This document shows, piece after piece, positions 48,781 through 60,366 of a DNA stretch of 64,000 nt. Position numbers and translations under genes: made by a program. Source of the stretch: Trichosphaerium sp. ATCC 40318. Its lineage: Eukaryota; Protista; Tubulinea. Below the pieces are notes generated by a model. It made no database searches and was not told the origin of the DNA. It was given only the letters and a program-made list of their open reading frames with translations. Each line of letters starts with the position of its first letter. The first letter of the stretch is position 1. The DNA lies in the NCBI GenBank assembly GCA_038496445.1, contig JALMLS010000005.1, forward strand, positions 174,417-238,416. The letters are read 5' to 3'.

Positions 48781-50068
48781 TTATATTTGATCCATAGGTA
48801 CATGATCTTCATGAGGTCCATCGTCTTTATATGCTTTTCTATACTTTCCTTTTGTTTTACAGCACTTTGTCATAGCTATTTCAATACCATAACCAGCAAA
48901 AAACAGGCCAATGTATACAAGTATAAACACAGGGTAAAACGTGATAGCCATGAAAAGACCAAGCGCAGCTTTATCTGGATTCTGGGCGTCGTAAACCCAA
49001 CTACAACAAACTAGTTACTACAGAAACCCCGCGAACTGTTTTAAAAAGTACAAGTGCGCTAGTACTAATTAAGTTATTGTACGTACTGATCCGTTGCTCC
49101 CCACCATATAATGCTAAATATTTCATACACAATAATGTATCCGGCTGAAAATACAACATGCTTAGGAAAGAAGGGCATACTATTATGTAAATTAGTGTAA
49201 GTTCAAATAGTTTTGTTGTATCCTTACACATTCAACATCATTTCTATTGTTATCAATAGAATATTAACGCCATGGCCATGAAAGCTGTAGAAAGTGAAAT
49301 TGCAACCATCGTTACCTTACATCCAAAATAAGAAAGGCACGTAATCACGTGTCCACAAAAAGTGACATGATAAAAATCATCAGGACCAGATCTCGGGACG
49401 TACTCAATGCACAACCAGCGCCTACCACAAATATCCAATACAAAAGTGTAACCGTCCATGCCGCAGTCCAAACGAGAGTATAGAAGCCCCACAAAAAGTA
49501 CTCCCAACACCCAATCTAAGAAACAAAAAAAAAGTCAGAAATAAAAATCACAACTTGATCTCCTATGTCTATTGTGGTTACCTTTGAATCTGTAGAATAT
49601 AAATCATCCTTAAATACAAGCCTAAACGATTGCACAGTAGCCATACCAAACCATATTGCCAGTAAAGTGTACGACCAATTTGTGTTAAATATAAAAAACG
49701 TATACCTACGTCATGTCAATATTTTATAGCTTCAGCAATACTAAATTGTTCTTTGCAGCTAATTTAAAAAAAAGGGTAAAAACGGGAAATTTTTTGGTTA
49801 GTAGCACTAAATGAGTTGATAAATAGTACTGAAGGCAGAATTATACGTACCATGGACTTCCTGTGATGCCATTAAAGTTTGTATCGCCATGTTGTATGTA
49901 TAGAGCTCCTGCTTCAGTAGCGAGGAGATACAACGTGCACAATAGACGAAATACGGCCATCCACACTGTTGGTATTGCCCACGAAATTGCCGTTGAGCCT
50001 GGATTTAGTCCCTCACGTCCCCATGCGCAGCAAGGGATACAGCAGTATGGTGGGCTACATTTGGGCAT
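48781..50068 (-). CDS. Rolling-stone (rost)-like multi-pass membrane protein
   Basis: FRL, FNTNWSYTLL, VTLLYW and HGHGVNILLITIE motifs across exons. Confidence 0.65.
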
Positions 50069-50692
50069 GATGTTTTGTAAGTAATTGATAGTTTATTCCC
50101 TTTTCCACGTTTACGCGCTATGATACGATGTGCAGTTAACACTTGGACTTTATTGAAGCAAAACTGTGTTGTTTGAACGCTCCGGTTGAAGAAATTGCGC
50201 TAAAAACAGACAAGCTTCCGTTATCACCTACGTTTATTGCGAGTATACGTAAGGTGTCCAACAATAGTATTAATTGTTTTACAAACAAACCAGAGTTGAC
50301 TGTATTTAAATTGTCGTTATAAAATTCCACTTGAATTATGTAATGGCAAGAGGGGCACAGGTAGCACTACGCTTAGTTGAAATAACATTGAACGAATCAT
50401 CACGTCACACTCAAAAATTGGCAAGGCTACCATAGTGTAGCGACAGATATTAATGATAGAAAGAAACAACACAGACTTATTGGAGTAAATTAAATAATTT
50501 TATTAAGCGAAACAACTTGGTAGTTGTCGTTAATCTTTACGATATCTCGTCCAGTATTCGACACTGGAGTGCGTTCAATTTATTCTCTTCATTCATACGC
50601 GAATAACATAGTGTCTTGGTAATATCAAAGCCTGTAATACAATAAGTACTTGGTCTGAATGTTGTTTAACTTTTCATAAAAGAAAAAGTAAA

Positions 50693-50771
50693 GATTTCAG
50701 GGTTGTAACTGTGGCGACACATGTTCTTTCCGATGACGCGATGAATGTATAATTGTTGGGTAATCATTAAG
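50693..50771 (-). ncRNA. Candidate intronic box C/D snoRNA
   Basis: ATGATTA (C-like) ... CTGA (D); internal acattcatcgcgtca is near-complementary to the conserved LSU rRNA segment UGACGCGCAUGAAUG; flanking gattt/aaatc stem. Confidence 0.6.
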
Positions 50772-50987
50772 AAAAATCGGCTGTCAAACCAAAAAAGTTC
50801 GGCGAACGTACGTTATTGTAGACGCTTGAGAGTTTTATTAGTCGACTCGTCTTGGTGCTGTCTTGTAACAGACACCAAGGTAGCCAGAACTACGCCAGAG
50901 AAGCCAGTTGTGCTAACATCAGAAAGCCTTTTATCAAGAGTTAGGAAGGAACGCAGAAAACGAAAAAAAATCGTTTTGTAAAGAAAT

Positions 50988-51052
50988 GGCTTCAGACCCT
51001 AAGGATAGGAAAAAATCACAGAAGTTCACCCTAGTTTTTATCCATCATGTTG
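50988..51052 (-). ncRNA. Candidate intronic box C/D snoRNA
   Basis: ATGATGG (C-like) ... ctatccttaggg-t-CTGA; the guide next to box D matches the complement of conserved LSU CCCUCAGGAUAG at 11/12 positions. Confidence 0.6.
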
Positions 51053-51213
51053 TTTTGTTTTTGTGTTTGTTCGTTGGCAAAGAAAAATATCGTACCTAGC
51101 GTTTTGGCGTTTAGGGCATCAGTGCATGGTTGAAGTGGTTATAGCGTCGTTGCGCTCACTAGTATCGTTAATACTTGATATTAAAAGGCAGAAACATGAG
51201 AATTTTTTCGAAA

Positions 51214-51289
51214 TCGTCAGAAAAATAGCTAAAAGGTTGTACTCATAGTGGCCACCACTTGGTAGGGTAACACGGTATGGTCATCACGA
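51214..51289 (-). ncRNA. Candidate intronic box C/D snoRNA
   Basis: Canonical GTGATGA ... CTGA about 70 nt apart, tcg/cga termini, internal agtgg/ccact hairpin before C'-like atgagta; target not assigned. Confidence 0.65.
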
Positions 51290-51471
51290 GAAAAAGAAAA
51301 CAAAACAAGCCGAGAAGTGTGGAAATGCGTACCTTGTAGTTATTCAAGTATTTTCAGGAGGAGTTGTCATGACTGCTTGATTTTTTGATTATGGTTTAAG
51401 TAGGAGTGAAATCATTAAGTCAATGTTTAAGTTGCGAGAAATTGGTGTCAAACGTATGTCGAAAACGACAC

Positions 51472-52675
51472 TCAACTCTTTACAAATAAACATACAATAC
51501 TATAGCTACAAGTGCAATAAAAAATGTCAAAAGAATGCTTCTGCCACATCGCCTCGCTTTAAAGAATAAAGCAAGAGCAGTAGAATCACTCCAAATGTCA
51601 GTTTTTAGGTCGCAATACGCTCCCTTCTTGAACAGCTCTTGCGAGAAACCTACAATGCGTGAGCTAAGAATGCGCTTTGGTGACTTTTTTGTTTTGAAGA
51701 AAAAAACGAGTACCTAAAGTCAATCCCCACAGCTGATATTCAACTTTGTTTTGGCGTGGGTTAATTGTGGTCTTCGCTATCGTTTCATTTACTTGTGGTA
51801 GTACGATAGACGGGAAGAATACTTTTGTAGCACCAACTGTCTTAGCAACATAGAGAAAAATTGGCCAAAATTTAAGATCCTAGAAAACTTTGAGTGGTCG
51901 TTTTCATCCGCGTGGAGTACCTTTAAAAGCACTACTACTGGTTCATTAGAGTTGTTAGCACGTAGGAAATTAATGGGTATCCATCTAGTGCCATATACTT
52001 CTGATGTTTGCAACGTAAAAGGTTCCGTGTCATGAGTTAGTTGTAAGAAAACTAGCAGCAATTAGACATCAAATAGCGATTCCTTTAATACCAAAGCAAC
52101 TGACTACCATGTCTTTACTTCTCCTGCCCGTGCTTTTATCATTAAGACGACATAAAAGCGCGTAGCGCTCTCTACAACAGAGTTAGAAGGAAATGTCATT
52201 TTGTGTTGGCTACCTATTTGACAGGTCAACACCAATTTCCTCGTTAAACTCTCTAATGGCTGTTTCTAGTGGTGTTTCGTCGTTTTCGCCCTTGCCACCT
52301 GGAAAAGCGACCTGATGAGGTTAGACTATGTTAATAATTCGTCCTTAGATGCGCACATGTCCACTCCAACGATCTCGCTTGTTTATAGCGCGTTTCATGT
52401 ACAGTATTTCAACGGTTCCATTCTTTACCCATTTGTCTGGTATAAACATCAGTACCAATGGTTTATTGTAATGGAGGCGACATCGTACAGTCCAGAAACG
52501 TTTTAACATTACTTGTTGAACTGTTATTTATTGGAGCTGTTACACTCGATGGAGAAATGCGCAACAAGCATACTATGGAGGCCCGACGACCTTTAGGTGG
52601 CAGAACTTTAGCAGGCACCTTAGAATTATGTAATTTGCACAAAAAATTGATTTCTGCGCTTGTATGACTAGTCAT
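51472..52675 (-). CDS. Nudix hydrolase (CoA-pyrophosphatase-like) with C-terminal TM helix
   Basis: RRASIVCLL, ILYMKRAINKRDRWS.QVAFPGGKGENDETPLETAIREFNEEIGVDL (Nudix box); tail ILLTFFIALVAIVLYVLFVKS*. Confidence 0.85.
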
Positions 52676-53055
52676 GGCGACATTTGGACTTTGACAATTT
52701 GCAACCTTGTTTTAGTCAAACGTGGTACATCGGTTTTAATCAAGAACTACCCAAGTCGCACACATTGAGGTACGTTTTTTGGTGACATTTACTTAGAACA
52801 GCGCTCTAGCTGTTAAATCTGTCACAAAAAAAGCGTTTATTGGTAGCGTCACGCGCTGTTACTCTCTTAGTACAATTTAAACCACGCAAAAGGTGTAACA
52901 GCTGATCTGCCACCCTCCTCCCATTGATCGACGCGTATCCAACAAAACTAGTCTGTTTTTATGGATTTTGATTTTACGGAAAACTTTGGAATGATACACA
53001 AAATTATTTTGATCTGTAAGCTTTTACACACTAAAATACAACTTGTAGGCCAAAA

Positions 53056-53893
53056 ATGAAAGTTCTACAACTTGTTCTCATCTCATTATGCATGGCCGCA
53101 TGCCTCACCTATGTCATTGCTCAAGAAGATGTTAATGCAAGCGAAAAACCAGTACGGCGCGCAAAGAAACTGCCTTTAAACCAAAAAATTAAATCATGTC
53201 AAGGAAGTAGATATCACAACAATAAAAGAGTCTGCACACTGTACGCAACGCGCACAACTCGGAGATGTTGTAGCTGTACGTGCGCACATAATGACGTGTC
53301 AAGTTCGAAAATAGCTGACACAAAAAAAGGTCCACTACACTGGAAAACTACATGAATCCCAACAAGTATTTGATTCCTCTCAAGGACGTGACCCACTCTC
53401 CTTCACTTTGGGTAGTGGACAAGTCATTCCAGGCTATGAGCGCGTAAGTTTGTGTACTGCCAATCCGGTTTATACGTTTTAAAGTTACTATTATCTTACT
53501 TGATTAGGGTGTTGTAGGCATGTGCAAGGGCGAGAAAAGACGTCTTGTCATCCCTCCTGAGCTTGCTTGTACGTTATTTATGACTTATCGTGTAGAGTAA
53601 CTCTTTTAGATGGTGCAAAAGGTATAGATGGTGCTATTCCACCTGCAGCAACGCTAGATTTTGAAGTAGAACTTGTTGGCATTGAACGCGTTTCACCATT
53701 TCTCCCAGTCATCCGTTTCATTCGCTTGATGCTACCTTACTTGGCTCTTATTGGTCTTGGCATCTACGTCTTTATGAACATCCTTAACAGTGCCCCAAAG
53801 ACTGTCAAAAAGCATCAATTCAAAAAGCTTTCTAATAAGCCTCTCTCAAAGAAAAAACAAAAGAGACTACGTGCTAAGGGTAAAGAGTTCTAA
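53056..53893 (+). CDS. ER-membrane FKBP-type peptidyl-prolyl isomerase (FKBP11-like layout)
   Basis: Signal peptide; [54 protein letters not shown]; TM helix and Lys-rich tail ending KGKEF. Confidence 0.9.
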
Positions 53894-54037
53894 ATTAAAT
53901 AAAACGAGTGCCAGCTTTGTTTTTGGTGACATTTCGTTTACTTTGTTTGATTTTGCTAGTAGTGTCAAACACGTTTTACAGCTGTAGTGTGCGTACCACA
54001 TGCGGTTTTAGATGTCCAAACTACTGTTTTTTCAGTG

Positions 54038-56209
54038 ATGCGCTGCAAACCGCGCGTGTTGGTTTGCAAAGTCACACAAAAACGCCAGAGGCGTTATTCT
54101 AGTTATGTAGCTGCGTACGGGAAATATTTCGATTGAATTACGTTATTTACACAAACAGTTCTGCTCCTTCGCAATCATGGGGGCATTGGCGTAGCGTTGA
54201 TAACCAACGTGATTCAATGGATGGTCTAGCGGAAGAACTCAACGTAAAAGTACTGTCTGAGTGGTACAACGTCACAAAACGCGATGTGCGCAGTTGTGGA
54301 CGCTCTGGATTGTTAAAAAGGTTGGCAGTTGCCATTTTGGATTGTTATTAATTTATTTCCTCAACAGATACGGTGATTCAGTGTCTACTTGTTTAAAAGT
54401 GATGTATCCAAACTTTAAGTGGCATCCATGGAAGTTTTCGTAAGTTATTGTTTTTCGCGTTTTTTGCCCAACCAACAATCTTTTTTAGGAGTGCACCACA
54501 ACGATATTGGGGCGATATTAAAAATCAATACACTACAATAAACGAATTCGCTGAAGGTTTAAACATAAAAACACTTGAGGGTTGGTATAACATTGAAAAA
54601 AGTGACATTCTAAACTATGGCGGAAATGTTATGCAGAGGTATTTTTTTTTAACTGTTCAATATCTCATCTCTTGTAAATTAATATTGGGTAAGCTTTGGG
54701 ACATCTCTTTGTCAGTGGCTGATATCAGAGTTTCCAAACTATGATTGGAAACCATGGCAGTTCAAGTGCGTGTTGATGACTATTGACAGTTCTATTTTTT
54801 ATTACAAAAACTTCAGTTTGTATTTATCAAGAGAACTTAGAGTTGCGCCAAAGCGATATTGGGATACTACAGAGAATCAACGTCTAGCTATGGAGCATGT
54901 TGGTGAGATACTAGATATAAAACACTTAGATGAGTGGTACGAAGTCACTGGAGACATTTGTTACAAGTATGGTTTGGGTGGTATGCTCACAAAGATGTAC
55001 GTGGACATGACATAGTACATTTTCTAACAGAGCTCCAAATTGTAGGTACAACATGTCAATATCGCTGTGTTTATCTACGTTATATCCAAATCACGACTGG
55101 ATTTTATGGCGGTTCAAGTACGCCAACATAAAAATTGATTTTATACAAACGCTTTACAATAGCAAACCTCCTGTGAGATATTGGCAAGGTCAAGCAATAA
55201 AAGACAATGTAGAGAGTGTGGAAACAGGCAAGAAGAAAACTAGGTTGGAATACACACGTGATAGGTTTTCATCACTAAGAGAACAACTCAAAATAACGTC
55301 TCCAGAAATGTGGTGCGTGACACATTTTGACACATTGTCAAATTTTCAGTGAAACAACTGTAATGTTGTTTCTTCATTTTTCGACACTCTTAGCAAGCAA
55401 CGTTGTAAGGTTGTAAGAGGGCTTATTATTTCTTTGTTCGCACTTTTTTGGGTTGGTTGTTTAATTTATTGAGCTAGGTACCGTGTTTCGGTGAAACAGT
55501 TCCAACAGTATAATTGTACTCCACTACTACGCTACTGGCCGCAAGTACTACGTTTATTAGAACCGAACTTCTCTTGGGATTGGAGGAATTTTAATCTACG
55601 TAATAAACAAACCACACAAAAGTAGGATACACAAGAAAAGAAGTCCGATAGTTATTGATGATTTTGCTGTAGGTTACTGTTAGATTGTGTAAGGCGAATT
55701 TTTCCTCAGTATCAGGTTGAGGAGGAAACTTTCATAGAAATGGCATCTATCGAAGGTGGTCTTATTAATGTCGATGTTTATGTACCAGAGATTAACCTCG
55801 CTATTGAGTACCAAGGTTAGGATTTTTGTTTCCAAAAGAAATACTTTTTCCTTTAAACTTTCAATTTCTGAATCTTACTCTACCAGGTGAACAACATTAT
55901 GGTGATGTGTTAAAATGGCACCCTTCGAATATGCAGCAAGCCCGTGATGCTGAGAAAAAGCAAGTTTGTAAAGTTGCCGGTACAGCATTAGCTTTTTTTC
56001 CTTTTCTGAGTTCTTTAGGTATTTGTGTTGTACCAATACCATTCACATGGACAGGTGACATTGCGTCTATAGTGGCTACTATACAATACTATAAACCATC
56101 TCTTGCGTTATCTGTACCTATTGGAGCGCGTCCTCTTATAGAGAACACAAATAACTTGACAGGTGAACAGGTTGAACTAATGGCTCCAAATACAATGCCT
56201 GTCATGTAA
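54038..56209 (+). CDS. Trp-rich ~75-aa repeat protein with C-terminal PD-(D/E)xK nuclease, paralog 2, predicted mitochondrial presequence
   Basis: MRCKPRVLVCKVTQKRQRRYSSY N-terminus; four repeats; NVDVYVPEINLAIEYQGEQHY...RDAEKKQVC...VPIPFTW. Confidence 0.85.
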
Positions 56210-56349
56210 AAAAATTTTGTAAATAGTAAAGCAATTGTAGAAGAACACGTGGAGCCATAAAGTACAAAAAGAAAAAAAGCCAAAACAAACATTATACTGC
56301 ATAGTCAGTTTAAGTGTATACCAGTACTTACAGTGAAGAAGGCTGTTTA

Positions 56350-58363
56350 TTAGACGGTGGCGCATTGTATAATTTCGCCGCCATTGTAAGTAAACAAGCA
56401 ACTGAAATCAACGGTTTTTGATGTTCCTTTATCGAAATCTGAAACTTTCCATTTTTCTCCAAATATAACAGCTTGTACTGGTCTTGTAAATCCAATAATA
56501 TTGTTCAACACAACACCATTCTTGATGTCAACAACAAAAATAGAATTATTCTCTCCCCCTTACAAACAACATTAGTTGCAACTTTTATGGAATGTGTTGT
56601 AAGTGAATTGTGGACTATCTAGTCGAAAAAGGAGATAATTCTAGTAGTAAATGATATAAGTACCTATGAAAACGGTCTCCTGTCGTGGTCCAAAAGACCA
56701 ACGACTTAGCGAGTTGCTTCCTGGATATGAAATTGACCACACTTGTTTTGTATTTTTTCTTCTATCCCATAAATTTATATAACCATTTGTTGTGTTTGTT
56801 ATCAAATAATTCTCATTGTACATTAACTTTAAATTAGATACTGATGATTCATGTCGTAGTAGTTTCTCATGGCTACCACGTTTCATTGATTTGCGTCTAC
56901 CACGTAAATCTATAATATGGTTAATTAAGGCATATGTTGAGAGTGACACATTACCAACTGTTCGTATTAGACCATCACGAGAACCATTAAATAGTAAACT
57001 CCCATTTTCATTGAATTGTTGACAAAATACGTCGGTTTCACGTGAGAAGCAACGTGTAACATGATTTGTTTCTATGTTAACTAGTATCGCCGATTTTGTT
57101 AATCCTATTAAACTGTTGTAAGTTTCAGATACAGAGCAAGAACTATCAAAAAAATAACTGCACCTATGCTGATTTGTGATGTATTGGGCCGCCATCTATG
57201 GCACCACATGGAGGCACGCTTTATAGATTTACTATATATTTCTCGCATAAGATAATCACGTATTTTTAAAACTCCAGGTTGCTCACCACCAAGAATTGTA
57301 GTGCTATGTTTGTTAGCCAACTTAGTAGATTTTAAGTCGACAAGAACGAACAGAAAATCACTGCGTGTGCCATGGATAGTTACACCTTATAAACTTGGTA
57401 AAACAGCGTACGATTTTATGTTCAACTTTTTATCATGAATCCAACTCACTGATGTGACCTACAAACAATATTAGACAGAAAAAAAAAGTCATATATCCGC
57501 GAAATTGCAATTCAAAAATACCATGCTGGACTCCATACAGGTGTGTGCGCTCTGAAAATAAAATGGGGAATACAGTCCTTCACTGTTTGGTATTGTATCC
57601 AATAAACTTGGATACATTGTAAGTAAATGGGTTGAGAAACACTGTATTGAATACGATACCTGAAATGTCCATGTGTTGTTCCCATTAGTATAGTTTCCCT
57701 GCTGCAATCAATATCACATGCACTAGCTGCAGACCCAAATAACTTTGCACGTGATAGTATCTTCATTCTACTGAAAGAAAAATGTTCGAGTAACCTTGCT
57801 GATGAGTGAACACGTACTACAGCAACCAAATAAAAAATGTCAAAAAAAAGTCAGGTAACCTTGCCTTCGTTATAAACTGACATAATAAATTCTCCAGTTT
57901 GTACCTTAAGTTGCCCATAGCATCAGCTGTAAATCGTTCACGGTACATTACACGTGCGTACAATTTTTTCTTTGTTTGAATCAATGCATTGCTCTCTTTT
58001 AGCATCTTAGCTTGCTCTTGCTGCGCTGCAATCTTTGACTGGTATCGTTGATACGCTACAGTGCCTTTCCGTGGTATTTTAAAGTACTTTTCTAATTTGT
58101 AATCATAGTAAAATCCAGGCTCTGGTTTGATGTCTCCAGCACTATTTAAACGTAAAGAAGACGTAATAATGAAGTTGTAGAGTAATCTACCTTTTTTTCC
58201 GTTTAGGAGAGAATAAAGCCGGTGGTGGCGTGTTAGTTTTGATATTGTTCGCGTTACGCTTTGGTATTGGCGAATTACTCAGTTTGAACCTCATTTGCTT
58301 CCTTGTTTGTTTCATGCGTTTATTTGGGCGGTTTGGCTGTTTAACGGCTCTTCGCTTACTCAT
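56350..58363 (-). CDS. DCAF4: DCAF4-like WD40 protein
   Basis: EPGFYYDYKLEKYFKIP N-terminal signature; DVFCQQF...LLFNGSRDG, DLRG, HESSVSNL, INLWDRR. Confidence 0.75.
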
Positions 58364-58512
58364 GCGATCTTGTTTAGAGCGCCACGCTGGTTTAAAAAAC
58401 TGAATTGATCAAAAAAAGTCCTAGATCGTCCAACATAGCCAACGCAACTTTTATTATTGCGTCATATCGTGTACCACACAACAGGTCGGATATTGGTTGC
58501 CAGTACTATTAA

Positions 58513-58563
58513 CACGTGACAGATGAGGGCGTAAAAGCATTAGCTGTTCACACCATCGAACCT
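58513..58563 (+). pseudogene. Intergenic relic of a single LRR unit of the 16865-17980 family
   Basis: cacgtgacagatgagggcgtaaaagcattagctgttcacaccatc = HVTDEGVKALA-VHTI, matching VTDEGIKALAGVHTI minus the Gly codon. Confidence 0.75.
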
Positions 58564-59186
58564 TCAAACTACTACATTGCACTCGAATACTTACAAAATA
58601 TCACGTGCTGTAACAGTACACCGGTGTTATCTGATATTTTATTCAGATAGTCTACGATTACAACGTTCTCTTCCATTTATATATACAAGTGCTAGCGTTG
58701 GTGGTGGGATAAAACCAGGGTAAAAAGCCACTTCGCTGTTGCCAATTTATCAATAATTGTTGCGCTTGCATCTATAGCACCTGGAATAAAGTTGGTAAAC
58801 TGATTATTAAACCTGTATCAGCATAAAAAAGGGCTCCACGCTGAGAAGTTACAATTGGAGCTCCATCAGCGACTAACATGTAAAAAGCGTCACGCAACAC
58901 CTGACTTCCCCATATCACTAGTGAACGTGCAACTTGACCCTGCCAATGCGCTTTTTACAGCCAGTTAAGTATCGTCAGATGCCTATCTCATTTTTTTCTT
59001 GGTCTCCAACAACTCCAATAGTATTAATGAACGTGAAGATAGAAGGCGCACAAGAAACTGTTTTATAGGCTTGGTCAGAAGCTATGGTTCGCTTCACAAG
59101 AAAAAACGTGATTATTTAGGCGCACTTTTGGACTTTTTTTATTTGTCGATTATTTTACCACGGAGGGTGTTTATTTTGATATTATG

Positions 59187-60113
59187 TTAAAATAATGTCT
59201 TGTCTTGCACTAGTTCTTCAAAGTTAAAGCCAGCAATCTTTGTTGCTTCCTTAAGCATCGAACGATCAACAATATCCTTAGCAGCCAAGAAATGTAAGAA
59301 CTGACTTCTTGCAGCGCCTGCAAAATTGTTTTTAAGAAAGCAAGGTAACCCACGTTTCTTCTTGTTTATGTACAAAGGTATACGCATTATACCAAATACT
59401 TCAGTCCTAGAAGATTGACGAATGAGAACCAACCCTAAACGAGCAAACTACAAATAACAAAAAAGAAACCTTGACAGGTCACAGTGAAAAAGAAATGGAG
59501 ATTACCTACCCCCACTCTTTGCCTGCCACTGTTCTATGTTCAACAAGTTGAATTTCAGCACGTGTGAGTCGTAAAGCGAAGAAATACATTCTAACATCAG
59601 CTACTGGATCGTAAAACTGAGATATTGTTTCAAGTTTATCCTTATTCCATTTTATGACATCTTTGCAATCACATTCTTCTACTATTTCTCGAAGAGCTAA
59701 CAAGTTGTTGTAAGTAAATCGTATAAACTACATTCATGCGTTTTGTAGCAACTGTGTCACAGAGTGTTACAATTCAATGAATTGCTACACAAATTGTGAT
59801 GCTCGTTGGCCTTATTCTCTGGTTAATTAGCGTACCAGCTTCAGCAGGATCTTCCCCTGGGTCAACAAGTCCTCCAGCAAACCCAATTTTACCATCAAAG
59901 CGTAATTGCGCCTAAACAAGATTATTAGACTTACCCTACGCTCATATATCGTACCAGTATTAACGGAATGTTATCTATTGTCAATGGGACTGAAACGTCA
60001 ATGCTATTCGCAGCAATAGTGTCTCCACGAACAGGAGCGTATAGTGCGACGTGTGAGGCGGTAAGTCTCGCTTTCCCACACAATTTAAAGTCAACAGGCT
60101 CAAGCTTTGCCAT
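59187..60113 (-). CDS. NUDT16: NUDT16-like (U8 snoRNA-decapping type) Nudix hydrolase
   Basis: SHVALYAP, QLRFDGKIGFAGGLVD, LREIVEE, YFFALRLT, EVFGIMRIPLY, GLPCFLKNNFAGAARSQ. Confidence 0.8.
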
Positions 60114-60366
60114 TAGTAAGTAGTGTTGTTCCCTTCGATAGTGGAAACGTTTTATGAACTACAGTGCGCTATTTTTAAGTACTGGCTTAAAGTTGTAGTC
60201 TTTTTTTCACTAAACGCTATCGTAACCCCAGATTTCAGAGGTTCTTTTTTTGGGGTTTCTGCGATGTGCCACGTATGTATCAGGTGCGTAGATCTGTGAC
60301 AACATTTTGAAGAAGGCGTTGGACAATGATAAGCTGCTATTCAATTCACGTGTTACTTTGAGAGGT

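Larger units (their letters stand above)
50490..51400 (-). ncRNA. Putative non-coding snoRNA host transcript (about 4 exons, 3 long introns)
   Basis: Consensus donors gtacgc (51332), gtacga (~51095) and gtacgt (~50810); exons have no sustained ORF; AATAAA near 50500; each intron holds a C/D box pair. Confidence 0.6.

Noticed and set aside
55314-55477. Longer intron with three small hairpins (possible H/ACA snoRNA)
   Set aside because: No convincingly placed H or ACA boxes, and the stems are short and AT-rich.
58640-59060. Possible small minus-strand gene ending ...RERCNRRLSE*
   Set aside because: No reliable start, upstream exon structure or homology.
11350-60113. PARP-like ART, WGR protein and NUDT16 as an ADP-ribosylation cluster or split PARP
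   Set aside because: They are about 20 kb apart with unrelated genes in between; there is no evidence of linkage.
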